From: Octopus bimaculoides
Taxonomy: Eukaryota
Reading direction: 5' to 3'
Assembly: GCF_001194135.2 (NCBI RefSeq)
Contig: NC_069001.1
Span: 37,662,429 to 37,703,819, forward strand
DNA: 41,391 nucleotides
This document shows, piece after piece, positions 1 through 11,234 of the stretch. Under the pieces are notes generated by a model. That model searched no databases. It worked only from the letters and a program-made list of their open reading frames with translations, and had not been told where the DNA came from. Made by a program: the position numbers and the translations under genes. The first letter of the stretch is position 1. Every line of letters starts with the position of its first letter.

Positions 1-30
1 TAATATTATATATCTATATATATATATATG

Positions 31-499
31 GGTGCTTGGATAAGATGCGGATGTCAAGTTGACCCAGGTTTCCTCCATGTTGATCTTTTGCATGTTGGTA
101 GAGTATGGAGGACTATTTTTTGTTGTCATATTGTCTCAAATGCTCATTTAGATTATTAGTGCATATCGTATTCTCAAAGGGGCATGTCCTACATAGTTGC
201 AATCTGACGGAGTTCCCTGGCTTTTCAACAATCTTAATGTTGAGTTTGGTCTCCTTCAGAGCTTTCCTAAATCTACAAACATCACTCCTTGATATTTGTC
301 GGGTTTTATACCACGTGTTCGCCTTGTTTGCTTTGTCACAAGTTCTTTGTATCCTATTCCAGTCTTTGTTTCTATATCTAGGGCAGGCACCACTGGTATC
401 ATTACATATAATGTTTTCTAATTTCTTACTAACACCCCTGTATACTCGAACCCTATCTTTCTGATCACATCCAGTTCTGTATATGTTTTCGCATTTCAT
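31..499 (-). mobile_element. Penelope-like element relic (RT thumb/linker and GIY-YIG C-terminal part)
   Basis: ORF 113-499 has RYRNKDWNR..KANKANTWYK and LNIKIVEKPGNSV..QL..CPF, then EHLRQYDNKK*SSILYQHAKDQHGG. These resemble PLE linker and GIY-YIG tail motifs; the GIY-YIG core is missing. Confidence 0.55.
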
Positions 500-596
500 C
501 GGGTTCGCATAGTGGAGACACGTTGTTCATTATCCTATGTCATTATCATTATTATTATTATCATCATCATCATCATCATTATCATTATTCTTATAT

Positions 597-822
597 AAGG
601 TCGCAAGCTGGCAAAATCATTAGCACACTGGATGAAATGTATTTCGCCTGTCACTACGTTCCAAGTTCAAATTCCGCCAAGGCTGACTTTGCCTTTCATC
701 CTTTTGGGGTTGATAAATTAAATACCAGTGAAACACTGGGGGTCGATGTAATTGATTAGATCCCTCCCACAATAATTTCAGGCCTTGTGCCTTCGGTAGA
801 AAGGATTATTATTATTATTATT
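597..822 (+). mobile_element. tRNA-derived SINE, family B
   Basis: Head AGCTGGCAAAATCATTAGCA, B-box-like GTTCAAATTCC, core GACTTTGCCTTTCATCCTTTTGGGGTTGATAAATTA, (ATT)n tail; at least 6 other copies in the window. Confidence 0.85.
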
Positions 823-876
823 GACAAAATTTTTGTAATTTTACAGATGAGATTTGTAAAATAATGTTTTACTTAC

Positions 877-975
877 AAGTTTTTTACTCCTTCTCTCTGA
901 AAAACAGAATAAAAGAAAAAGGGCGCACTTGAGGGAGAGGCTGATTTTCACCAGGACCGATTCCAGTTTGTCTGG
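877..975 (-). CDS. ABCC1-like: ABCC/MRP TMD0 coding exon 5 (33 aa)
   Basis: ttctgttttcag|CCA..CTT|gtaagt, 99 nt, phase 0/0. Encodes PDKLESVLVKISLSLKCALFLLFCFSERRSKKL; LFCFSER matches the MRP1 motif LSCFSDR at the end of TMD0. Confidence 0.8.
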
Positions 976-1044
976 CTGAAAACAGAAAATGGAAAACTTT
1001 TACTTCAGCCGTTAACTGAGACAATTAATTGTATTTATCTTTTA

Positions 1045-1160
1045 TCCTTTCCATGTTTCAGTCATTGGACTGTGGCCATGCTGGGTTTAGCCAAACAAAT
1101 TGACCCCACTATTCTTCTTTTGAAGTCTGATATTTATTCTTTTCATCTCTTTTGCCAAAA
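1045..1160 (-). mobile_element. 3' part of SINE family D/F
   Basis: CAGTCATTGGACTGTGGCCATGCTGG...TCTTTTGCC matches the tails of the copies at 24331 and 35095. Confidence 0.6.
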
Positions 1161-1163
1161 TAT

Positions 1164-1335
1164 TGGGGCACATTTGAGTGAGAGGCCAACAAAATTCCTT
1201 GTAACACCAAAGATGAAGTGAATTCAAGGATTATGGCAGCATTCACCAACTTAAAGAAGGAGAATGTCCAGAAAAATTTTTGCAGATTTTGAAGTCGTCT
1301 GGAGGGCATGGTTGGAGCCAATGGTGATTTTATAT
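1164..1335 (+). mobile_element. Tc1/mariner (maT/DD37D-like) transposase C-terminal relic
   Basis: Translates as WGTFE*EANKIPCNTKDEVNSRIMAAFTNLKKENVQKNFCRF*SRLEGMVGANGDFI, a typical maT C-terminus with two stops. Confidence 0.7.
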
Positions 1336-1395
1336 GTATATATACATATACATATAATGCACATATACATATATATATAATACACATATATATAT

Positions 1396-1431
<36 letters not shown>

Positions 1432-1699
1432 CTCAGGGTAGCAAAAAAAAATTTTAGAAATTCTATTTACTACCAGTGGTCTAGTGAGAAAAAAATTTAG
1501 TCAATAGACTATATATTATTCATTTAAAATACAGTGTATATATATTGGATAATAAAATTAATGGTTTATACCTGGTAGCTTACTGGTAAAGCACGGTCAC
1601 TTTTACAGTGATCGTTATGTATATGGCAAATGAAAGACAGAAGATGGAATATATGAGAATTTATTATTAATCGCAATTGCGTCAACACATCTAGCATCG

Positions 1700-1820
1700 A
1701 TCCCTACACACACACACACACACACACTTACCACCACCACTACTACCACCATCACTGCACTATTACTACAGCACACCACACTCCCCACCAACACCAACAC
1801 CACCACCACCACCACCACTA
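1700..1820. repeat. (CA)n and (ACC/ACT)n microsatellites
   Basis: Direct reading; starts about 12 nt into the intron after the ABCC exon 4 donor. Confidence 0.95.
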
Positions 1821-1831
1821 TCAAGACTTAC

Positions 1832-1963
1832 CTCAGCCTGCTTCTCCACAGCAAACAACCAAACAATATTTTCAAAAATGGCCAGCAGCCAATAGATGAA
1901 GTTCACACCAGATGTAAAGACTCTCTTCTTAAATTCCACATACTGCAGCACCAATGATAAAAC
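1832..1963 (-). CDS. ABCC1-like: ABCC/MRP TMD0 coding exon 4 (44 aa)
   Basis: ctttgtgtgtag|GTT..GAG|gtaagt, 132 nt, phase 0/0. VLSLVLQYVEFKKRVFTSGVNFIYWLLA aligns without gaps to MRP1 [28 protein letters not shown]. Confidence 0.9.
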
Positions 1964-2063
1964 CTACACACAAAGCACAAATATTAAGGGTTAAGAGGAT
2001 TTACAAGAATAACAGTTTAATGGTGTATCAGTTCAATGGATTAATTGTTCTATTGCACCAGGT

Positions 2064-2441
2064 GAGTGGTTCTCAGCCATTTTTTTTACCTATGCATCCT
2101 TTTGATTTCTGTTTCACTTAGATGAATGCCCATAGCTAATTGATGTCTAACTTTTTAGCATTTTAACTGGCCATATCTGACCAAAATATTATTGTACCTT
2201 CAAACTGGCCAGATCTGGCCTCTCACGCTTACACTACAATGTCATTCTAAAAATAAACAATCACATCTTTGAAATCTCAAAGCTACAAAGGAAATGCGTG
2301 ACTATTAGAAATCGTATTGAAAAAATTGTTAAGATATTTTGTGCCTTGTAGAGATGTAACCAATTTATTGGAGATAAATTTTAAGAACAAAATCTTACAG
2401 GAAATCCTAAGGACCATGTGAACCCTGGTTGAGAACCCCTG
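2064..2441. mobile_element. Old hAT-type MITE with a nested MITE (about 2150-2310)
   Basis: Left end GAGTGGTTCTCAGCC, right end GGTTGAGAACCCCTG; flanks caccaggt/caccaaac are only a partial TSD. The nested segment resembles 39205-39430. Confidence 0.5.
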
Positions 2442-2549
2442 CACCAAACAGTTAATGGTGAAGTGAAAATGATTGTTTGCGAACTGTTGATGGTGATAAT
2501 GATTGCTAGATGTTACAGAACCACCATGAGGCCCAGACTTCACCCTTGT

Positions 2550-2780
2550 GTGCCTTAAGGACCTTCACTGAGCGATATGCCAGCAGAACAGAGGGTTCTT
2601 GGTAGGGCCTTTCATGCTAGACAGATGAAAAAATAATGGCAAGACCCTCTCTTCACAGAGATAAAAATGAATTTGCATTGGGCCAACATAGCCTATGTAT
2701 GAAAAGTCAGTTACATGAGTATTGATGAGAATTGAAATCCAATAAGCCTTGGGAGAGGAACACCTTCCCTCAGGGAAACA
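2550..2780 (-). mobile_element. Possible Ty3/gypsy RNase H relic
   Basis: Frame-shifted pieces TDFSYIG, REGLAII and LFCW fall in the order of gypsy RNase H motifs; heavily decayed. Confidence 0.3.
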
Positions 2781-2818
2781 CATAGATTCATAAAGAAGGC
2801 AGAAAACCAGCCCACAGT

Positions 2819-2920
2819 CGTCATCATCATCATCGTTTAACGTCCGTTTTCCATGCTGGCATGGGTTGGACAGTTTGACTGGGGACTGACAAGCCAGGAA
2901 GTCGCACCAGGCTCCAAGTG
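2819..2920 (-). mobile_element. RTE-type 3' tail element, family C
   Basis: (CAT)n followed by CGTTTAACGTCCGTTTTCCATGCTGGCATGGGTTGGAC. Confidence 0.8.
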
Positions 2921-2991
2921 GAGATAAGTCATTGATGGTTTATGCTCCACAGGAAGTGAAGAGCTTAAGTGCTGTTATAGATGAGGTGTGT

Positions 2992-3374
2992 GTGGAGGCG
3001 CAATGGCCCCGTGGTTAGGGCAGTGGACTCGCGGTCATAGGATCGCGGTTTCGATTCCCAGACAGGGCATTGTGAGTGTTTATTGAGCGAAAACACCTAA
3101 AGCTCCATGAAGCTCCGGCAGGGGATAGTGGCAAACCCTGCTGTACCCTTTCACCACAACTTTCTCTCACTCTTACTTCCTGTTTCTGTTGTACCTGTAT
3201 TTCAAAGGGTCAGCCTTGTCACACTGTGTCACACTGAATATCCCCGAGAACTACGTTAAGGGTACACGTGTCTGTGGAGTGCTCAGCCACTTGCACGTTA
3301 ATTTCACGAGCAGGCTGTTCCGTTGATCGGATCAACTGGAACCCTCGACGTTGTAAGTGACGGAGTGCCAACAA
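2992..3374 (+). mobile_element. Full-length tRNA-derived SINE, family A
   Basis: A-box TGGCCCCGTGG, B-box GGTTTCGATTCC, CAACAA tail, candidate TSD AGATGAGG (2979-2986 / 3374-3381); about 93% identical by eye to the inverted copy at 15478-15854. Confidence 0.9.
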
Positions 3375-3442
3375 GATGAGGAGTAAATAGGGTCTGCATC
3401 CATTCATGTGTGAAAAGGGAATCAGAAGATTGAAGCACTCAC

Positions 3443-3559
3443 CTGTGAAAATAGAGTCAGACCTTTGCCGAAATTGATGACAGTTCTATCCTTGTATTTC
3501 ATCATGTTGATGTATAAGAGGAAAGTAATGGTGGCTGAGATTAATAAACTGGTGGTCGT
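3443..3559 (-). CDS. ABCC1-like: ABCC/MRP TMD0 coding exon 3 (39 aa)
   Basis: ctctctctctatcatttacag|ACG..CAG|gtgagt, 117 nt, phase 0/0, open. Encodes TTTSLLISATITFLLYINMMKYKDRTVINFGKGLTLFSQ, two hydrophobic stretches at the expected place. Not in the ORF track. Confidence 0.75.
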
Positions 3560-3850
3560 CTGTAAATGATAGAGAGAGAGCGAAAGGTAAGGTGATTGTG
3601 GTCATTGGTGAATAAACTGATGGTCGCCAGCTGGGGTGGGGGGAGAAACATAGAAGATGAAGTTGAAGAGAGATGAAGTTGAAGATGGGAGAGTGAGAAA
3701 GAGAGGGTAAGATATGAAGACTGAGAGACAAGAGATGGAAATAGCAGAATGAAGCGGGGGAGGTGAGGTGGAGAGAGAGAAACTGTGTGTGCATGTGTAA
3801 GAGCAAGCAAAAGAGAAGTAGGAAGAGTAAGAAATAGCAAGGTGGTGAAA

Positions 3851-3994
3851 GAGAGAGTGATAGAAGGAGAGAGTGATAGAAGGAGAGAGTGATAGGAGGA
3901 GAGAGTGATAGGAGGAGAGAGTGATAGGAGGAGAGAGTGATAGGAGGAGAGAGTGATAGGAGGAGAGAGTGATAGGAGGAGAGAGTGATAGTAG
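3851..3994. repeat. 16-bp purine-rich minisatellite, about 9 copies
   Basis: Unit GAGAGAGTGATAG(A/G)AG starting at 3851, 3867, 3883 and onward. Confidence 0.95.
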
Positions 3995-4053
3995 GAGAGA
4001 GAGGGGAATGGGGCAGGAAGATGGAAGAGCGGATGTGAGAGAGATAAAGACAG

Positions 4054-4250
4054 AAAGGCCTGAAATTTGCTGGGAGAGGACTAGTCGATACCACCGACCC
4101 CAATGTTTTACTGGTACTTAATTTATCAACCCTTAAAGGATGAAAGGCAAAGTTGACCTCAGCGGAATTTGAACTCAGGACGTAAAGACAGATGAAATAC
4201 CACAAAGCATTTTGCCCTGCATGCTAACAATTCTGCCAGCTCACTGCCTT
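4054..4250 (-). mobile_element. SINE family B
   Basis: Reverse complement of the 597-822 element (GGATGAAAGGCAAAGTTGACC, GAATTTGAAC, GCTAACAATTCTGCCAGCT). Confidence 0.85.
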
Positions 4251-4271
4251 ATCATCATCATCATCATCATC

Positions 4272-4317
<46 letters not shown>

Positions 4318-4324
4318 TAATAAC

Positions 4325-4355
<31 letters not shown>
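4251..4355. repeat. (CAT)n plus (AAT)n microsatellite
   Basis: Direct reading; abuts the ABCC exon 2 donor. Confidence 0.95.
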
Positions 4356-4356
<1 letters not shown>

Positions 4357-4360
4357 GTAC

Positions 4361-4519
4361 CAATTTGGTGAGTGTAAGATAGGATAAACGTTTGCGTATG
4401 GTCTTGTTTCTTCTTAAACATGGAATGTAGATGACACAAGCAAGCAGTAGCCATCCAACAGGAATCCAAGTCACTAGAGTGTTCTGTAAACATGTGTTAC
4501 TTAATAAGTTGTTCAATTC
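4361..4519 (-). CDS. ABCC1-like: ABCC/MRP TMD0 coding exon 2 (53 aa)
   Basis: tctgtttgtag|GAA..TTG|gtacgt, 159 nt, phase 0/0. CLQNTLVTWIPVGWL matches MRP1 CFQNTVLVWVPCFYL; LTLTKL matches LNKTKT at the exon end. Confidence 0.9.
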
Positions 4520-5404
4520 CTACAAACAGAGAACAAAGAAGAAGATTAGGGTCTGCTTTCACTTATTTTCACCACCAACCCCAACCCCCAACCCCACCAC
4601 CACCCCATTTTTTTGGTGGGGGTTGTTGTTCAGCCCTAGTTCAGTTCTGATCCAGTATATATTTGTTAAAAGATATTTCAGATGTGACCATCCCGACTTT
4701 TATTCAAACATAGTGTATCAAGGTCTCTATTATCAAATGTGTCATTCCTGGTTGTTATTCAAGCCCAGATTAATCCCGACCCAGTAGATACATGATCAAA
4801 GCTATTCCAACACTGGTCATCTTGCCTTTTATTCAGGCACAGTGTATCTAGGACTTCATTACCTAATGTATAGTAGTTCTGAAATGCTCCCCTATGACAC
4901 ACTAGTATGCTGTTATTTTTTAAAATACAATTTACTATTCCGCAACTCTTCACCCCATCTCTTTTCTGCCCTATCACTCATCTCCTCTACCATACATTCC
5001 CCTATTATTAGTCACCCCTCCAGCTTTACCCAATTTCTACAGTTGTCACCTACTCTTCCCATTTCCCTACCTTTGTCAACACTTGTTCTTCATTCATTAT
5101 ATTCACCCCCTCACTCATTCCTCACTTTTCTCCCATATTCTCTGATAACCCCTATCCACCCACACTTCCTGTCCTCTTCTTCCCTCTCCCTCCTACTCAC
5201 CTCACATCTTGAGGTTCCACCCTGACACCTCCCCACTATTTTTATGTCTTCCCACCTCTGTCCTGGCCACTCCCATCTTCTCTTCTATAATCAGAATAGT
5301 CATGCAGTTCATCTGCAGTAAGAATTCTGTTCTCTTCTGGTCCCTTCTTCCTTAATTCAATACCTCATCTCCTAATGTAACCTCAGAAAGGGATCTTCGT
5401 CTGG

Positions 5405-5672
5405 CAAGCTACATGGCAATCTCACCGGTGCTGGTTCCACACACACAAAAAAGCAATAATTAGTCCAGTGGTTAGCCTTAGGAGGAGCATGCAGCTGTAG
5501 AGGTTGTGCCAAAGCAGCCTCTGCAGCATGATACAGTTCTTGGGCCCATCAGATCCTCTAGGACTGTCCAACAAGTATGGAACATGAGGTGCAGCCTCCT
5601 GGCTTCCCAGACCCCAGTCGAACTGTCCAACCCATGCTAGCATGGAAAATGGATGTTAAACGATGATGATGA

Positions 5673-5675
<3 letters not shown>
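5405..5675 (+). mobile_element. RTE-type tail element, family C
   Basis: Ends in CCAACCCATGCTAGCATGGAAAATGGATGTTAAACG(ATG)n. Confidence 0.75.
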
Positions 5676-5745
<70 letters not shown>

Positions 5746-5899
5746 CAGACATATATATATACACACACACACATATATCTATAAGTAAGCAACAGGATTA
5801 ACCTTACTTTGAGTTGTATGGATAATACCGCACTAACTTGGTACTTCAACTTAAGTACCTAATTCACTTGAATCTCAATTATTTCTTATATATATATAT

Positions 5900-5936
<37 letters not shown>

Positions 5937-6039
5937 CATACACACATACACAGGATTACTGGTCAGTGTAGGTGGTATATTTGCAATCACTTTTCTCCTT
6001 TGCCTTGCAGCCCGAAGCCTGTTAATGCTGGTGGCAACA

Positions 6040-8100
6040 AGGTTTTTTAATACAATACCTTTTTGACACAACAATCTCCATTTTGTTTGTGCCAAGGCTG
6101 TTCACTCAAAGGTGTTGTGAGCTTTCTTCATCATTAAGAGGTTACACTTCAGCTTGTACTTATATCTGAGCTATGGTTGACCAACATTCCTGTGTCCACT
6201 CACAAGCTGGCTGTACATAAGGACTTTGGGTACTCTTTCGTCACTCATTCTGATGACATGGCCAGGCCAGCACAATTGTGATTGCGTAAGGAAGCTCTCA
6301 ATTTGTCTTTTAGTGAATAACCTCAGATTGTCCTCAAACAGTCTTTGTGGAAGATGTCTAGTTGGTTAATGTGTTGTCTATAGGGTATCCACGATTCTGA
6401 GCCATACAAGAGAGTAGTAAGAATGGCTGCTGTATAGACCTGCTCTTTGGTGTCAAGTTTGATGCCCCTTTCGTTCCATGGGCAATGACAGAGTTTGCCA
6501 AATGCCTTGGTTGCCTTTGCAAGACAGTTGACGATTTCATCATCAAGGGAAGCACTCAAATTCACTTTACTACCAAGATATGTAAATGACTTCACATAAT
6601 TCAGGTTTTTCCCATCAACCTATATACAAGTGTCAGGAAAATTGTGAACCGGTGGCCTCTGCTTGACACCTTGAATTTGTTTAGGAGTAGGGCAAGGTTG
6701 GTGGTTTACTTCTGTCTTCTTTATGCTGATGGTCAAACCAAAGGCTTTACATGCAGCAGAAAACTGGTCTAGAAGTTCCTGAGCTTCCTCTAAAGAGGTC
6801 GCTACTAGTGCAGCATCAACAGCAAAAAGGAGATCAGGAATGATGCTGGTGCTTGGCAGTGTTCTTGCTTTGAAACGCTGATGATTGAATAGTCCACCAC
6901 TTGTTCAAAACTGGAATTTGACACTACTTTGTATGTCGCCAAAAGCATACCTAAGTATCACTGAAAATAAGAGTGCAAACAAAACAGGAGCCATAACACA
7001 ACCTTGCTTTATGCCATTTGTAATGTCGAAGGAAGCTGAAGATTCCCCACCGGCATGACAGCAGCCTTCATTCTCTCATGAAAGGAGATGATAACATTCA
7101 ACATCTTGTCAGGTATACCAAGCTTTTTCAGAACTTTCCATAGTGCTTGCAGTGTTGAAGACCTTAGTAAGGTCAATGAATATCAAGAACAACTCAAGAT
7201 TTTTCTCACGTATCTTTTCCATGACCCGTCGGAGGGAAAAGATCCTGTCGATAGTGCCACGACCAGAGCGAAATCCGCACTGTGATTCTGGATAGATATC
7301 ATTTATAATGTGTTAGATGATTCTGTCAAGAATGAGATAAACAAGAATCTTAGCGACATTCCACGATGATTATCACAGACACTTCTGTTGCTTTGTTCTT
7401 ATACAGATGTTGAATTGAGGCATCCTTGAAGTCCTGTGGTACACAGCCAACCTTCCAGATGTTTATGAAGAGGTCATGCAGTTTGTTAAAAAGCTTCTGG
7501 CCACCATGGTTGTAAATTTCAGGAGGGTTAGCATCACTGCCAGGTGATTTACCAGAAGAGATCTGTTTAATAGAGTTTACCATTTCCAGAAAGGTTGGCT
7601 CCAGAGACAGTCCTGGTATTACAGTGTGCTGTGGAACAGACATTGTGACGCCGTCGTTAGTGACTGAAGTGGAGCTCAACATGGCTTCAAAGTGATCTTT
7701 CCATCATTTCAGGATGTCGGATTTGTCATTTAGGAGTGTCTCTCTATTGAGTAACACCATGCTCTTGAGGACCATACACTTTCTTGAGGCCATCATAAAA
7801 GGCTTTAGAATCCTTTCCGTCTGCAGCTTCTTAGAGTTCAGTAACCTTGGAAGACCACCAAGCCTCCTTCACCTGTCTCAGAGCACGTTGGACCTGGCCT
7901 CTGCATTTCTTGTAGGCATTCTCTTTTCTGGATGAGCTCTTATCATTTATCCAAGCTTTGTGTGAGCTGTGCATTTTATCTATCATCTATTGGACATCTG
8001 TGTTGTTATCTTTGAACCAATCTCGATGTTCACAAACAGGCAGTTCAAGAACCTCTACAGATGCAGAGTGTGCAGTGCATCACGCAGAGCCTTCCGTGAA
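6040..8100 (-). mobile_element. 5'-truncated, decayed RTE-clade LINE (reverse transcriptase)
   Basis: Motifs HRDWF, KSPGSD..PPEIY, PESQCGFR, DLTK.F, KQGCVMAP, LLFAVD (catalytic DD broken), FTYLGS, LLYGSESW; many stops and frameshifts. Confidence 0.93.
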
Positions 8101-8204
8101 GTGTCTTGCTCAAGGACACAATGTACCACTGGGAATTGAACTTATGACCTTATAATTGTGAGCTGATTACTCTAACTACTGAGCGGAGCCATGTGCCTTC
8201 ACAG

Positions 8205-8565
8205 TATCATCATCATCATCATCATTGTTTAATGTCCGCTTTCCATGCTAGCATGGGTTGGACAATTTGACTGAGGATTGGTGAACCAGATGGCTGCACC
8301 AGGCTCCAATCTGATTTGGCAGAGTTTCTACAGCTGGATGCCCTTCCTAACGCCAACCACCCCGAGAGTGTAGTGGATGCTTTTTACGTGCCACTGGCAT
8401 GAGAGCCAGTCTGGCGGTACTGGCAACAACCATGCTCAAATGGTGTTATTTACGTGCCACCTGCACAGGAGTCAGTCCAGCGGCACTGACAACGACCTCA
8501 CTCGAATGTTTTATTCATGGGCCACCAGCATAAGTACCAGTAAGGCGATGCTGGTAATGATCAAG
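8205..8565 (-). mobile_element. RTE-type tail element, family C
   Basis: (CAT)n, CCATGCTAGCATGG palindrome, TTTCTACAGCTGGATGCCCTTCCTAACGCCAAC block. Confidence 0.85.
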
Positions 8566-8856
8566 TATATATATATATATATATATATNNNNNNNNNNNN
8601 NNNNNNNNNNNNNNNNNNNNNNNNNNNNNNNNNNNNNNNNNNNNNNNNNNNNNNNNNNNNNNNNNNNNNNNNNNNNNNNNNNNNNNNNNNNNNNNNNNNN
8701 NNNNNNNNNNNNNNNNNNNNNNNNNNNNNNNNNNNNNNNNNNNNNNNNNNNNNNNNNNNNNNNNNNNNNNNNNNNNNNNNNNNNNNNNNNNNNNNNNNNN
8801 NNNNNNNNNNNNNNNNNNNNNNNNNNNNNNNNTATATATATATATATATATATATA

Positions 8857-9145
8857 TGATGGACTCTCCCATTGTTGGACGACGTATGAGGGTTCAACAA
8901 TTTCTTATCAAACAACCACACAGATGATTTGCTTATCAAATATTTGCGTAGACATAAGCTCAATCCCTCCATCAGATCGACATTACCTGTACAGGTGCAA
9001 CTGGATGCCACATATGAGATGAAATGATTGCAGAGCAACGTGAAATGAAGTACTTTGCTCAAGAACACAACGCAACACCCGGTCTGGGAATTGAAACCCA
9101 CAATCTCACAATCATGAGTGCAGCACCTTAACCACTAAGCCATAT
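8857..9145 (-). mobile_element. tRNA-derived SINE, family E
   Basis: Minus-strand head TGGCTTAGTGGTTAAG..GGTTTCAATTCCCAGACCGGG..GTGTTCTTGAGCAA; related heads at 8098-8190 (-) and 37650 (+). Confidence 0.7.
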
Positions 9146-9150
9146 ATCTA

Positions 9151-9185
<35 letters not shown>

Positions 9186-9384
9186 TTGTGTGTGTGTTTG
9201 TGTGTGTGTTTGTGTGTGTGTTTGTGNNNNNNNNNNTGTTTGTGTGTGTGTGTGTGTGTTTGTGTGTGTGTTTGTGTGTGTGTTTGTGTGTGTGTTTGTG
9301 TGTGTTTGTGTGTGTGTACATATATTTATATCCATATAAATTCAGACCTATAGTTATATTCATATAAACTCGACTTCAATTGAA

Positions 9385-9520
9385 TTCACTGACAAGGCTT
9401 TGGTCAGCTCAAGGCTTTGGTCAGCTCAAGGCTTTGGTCAGCTCAAGGCTTGTAGCAAAACACATTTGTCCAGTAGGACTGAACTTGAAACCACATGGCC
9501 GAGAAGCTAATTTGCAAACT
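9385..9520 (-). mobile_element. SINE family D with an internal 17-bp triplication
   Basis: (AAGGCTTTGGTCAGCTC)x3 at about 9394-9445 inside a family D body. Confidence 0.7.
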
Positions 9521-10185
9521 ACTTAACGATCAGGTGGTGGAGTCTTTAGTTGAATTCCACAAATTGTTAGGAATAAATTATCAAAAGGAAGAAAGGGTGC
9601 AGTGAGATGGGAGATGTGGCCGACAGAAACAGTAATGGGTGGATAGCAGTCATTTGATAACAACTATGTCCTGCCAATGGCCACCTGTTGCTGTATTAAA
9701 GAATGCTCTTGGCTTTATCAGGATAGTTTGCTGTCAATCAGAGAAACTCTGAGTTTTAGATATCAATTCAAGTAGGTTGTCAGGAGATGGAGGAGGAGAG
9801 GGAGGGGGAATGGTAAGGCTAGGGTTTATTGTGTAACACCTGTCAACACTTGAAGTCATTTAGTTTCTCACACTGAAGTGGTGATGCTGGTGGAGGTGGT
9901 GGAGGTGGTGGTGGTGATTGTGGTGGTGGTGGTGGTGACAGTGATGGGTGTGGTATATGGTGGTGGATTGTGATGATGGTGAAAAACTCCAATGAATAAA
10001 CACAGTGCATAGACGTCCAATGGATGTGTGTGTATGTGTGTGTGTGTGTGTGTATGTATGTGTGTGTATGTATATATATATATGTATATATATACATAAA
10101 ATGTCAGGATGTGATGGAATCAGATATTTAAATAGTAAAAGCACCATGCACCAGTACACTAATAATGTGTGTTGATGTATATGAA

Positions 10186-11095
10186 TTAGGCTGTTCAGAA
10201 AATAATGGCCGATTTTAAAAATAAGCCTATATTCTAGAAAAACTGAACTTCTGCAAAGGTTTAATTATTCAAAATATGATCCCTGAACACCCATGCATTT
10301 TCCCCATCAATTAACAAGGTCATTTATGCCTCTTCAATAAAAATCCAAAGATTTTGATGCCAAGAAATCCTTGAATTCAGTTTCGACCTTGGTTTTGGAA
10401 TGGAAGGGGTTTTTTTGCCTTAAAAATGTGTGTAAATACTTGTAAAGGTGAAATTCAATGAGTAAGAGATCAAAAGAATGTGGAGGATGTGGTAAAGTCT
10501 CTTATCCCATGTCTGTGAGCTTCTGCAGTGTCGTCCTGGAAATGTGCGGTCAAACGTTGCCATGTAGCAGAACTGGACCACATCAATTAACAAGCACAGG
10601 TCTCATTTTGCTCAAGTGAACATGCATTTCTTCCAGTTGCTTACAGTAAACTTCCAATGTAATTGCTCTGGTTAGGTTCCAGAAAGTTGTATTGTTTTCA
10701 AATGCTGATCATCAAGGGTGGATGGACATCCTCTAATTTCTTGATCTTCAAGCCTCTCATCCCCACCGCCGTACCGTCCGATCACTAATGGACCCTTCAC
10801 CCCATGCTCTGTTGATATTAGTGGCTGTTTGGGAAGCATTGCATCCAAGCTTGAATTCATGCAAAAATAGTAAACACATTTCTTTTTTTCTTTTTTTTTT
10901 TTCATGCTTGAAATTAAGGACTTTTACACTTCAAAATTATATTGTGAAAGAAATCAATAAAAATTCATTAAAAGAGTACACATCAATTCCAAAGCATGTA
11001 AAATTTCGTCTAAAATGCTACAAAAATAACATCTTGAATTCAATTTGAAAAAATGTTTTTGAAAAATCAGACAGTGTTTTCCAAACAGTGCTTAT
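10186..11095 (-). mobile_element. Internally deleted mariner (DD34D-type) element with both decayed TIRs
   Basis: LFLHEFKLGCNASQTATNINRAWGEG..SDRTVRRW..GDERLED (HTH) joins directly to AITLEVYCKQLEEMH..GPVLLHGN..LPHPPHSFDL..WGKC..GSYFE*; the ends share CTGTTnnGAAAAnnnTGnCnGATTTT. Confidence 0.85.
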
Positions 11096-11234
11096 TAAAG
11101 TAAATACAGATTTGTCCTTCCAGTTATGTACACATTTACAAGTATTGACAGATTACACAATGTGTACTCAAGAGCCACACGGTTACACTCGGAGCACATA
11201 TTCCACATTAGATATATAGACACAGTATATATAT

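Noticed and set aside
2992-3070. tRNA genes at A/B-box sequences (also 9145, 15854, 27870, 37650)
   Set aside because: They continue into multi-copy SINE bodies and have no complete cloverleaf or poly-T terminator.
3443-3460. ttttcacag (minus strand) as a splice acceptor
   Set aside because: The phase-0 reading after it hits a stop within 7 codons; it fits better as the end of ABCC exon 3 followed by a GTGAGT donor.
5270-9800. Weak CR1/L2-like 3' traces at about 5270-5400 and 9540-9800
   Set aside because: Only a few residues match (LFY..., LWNS), too little to call.
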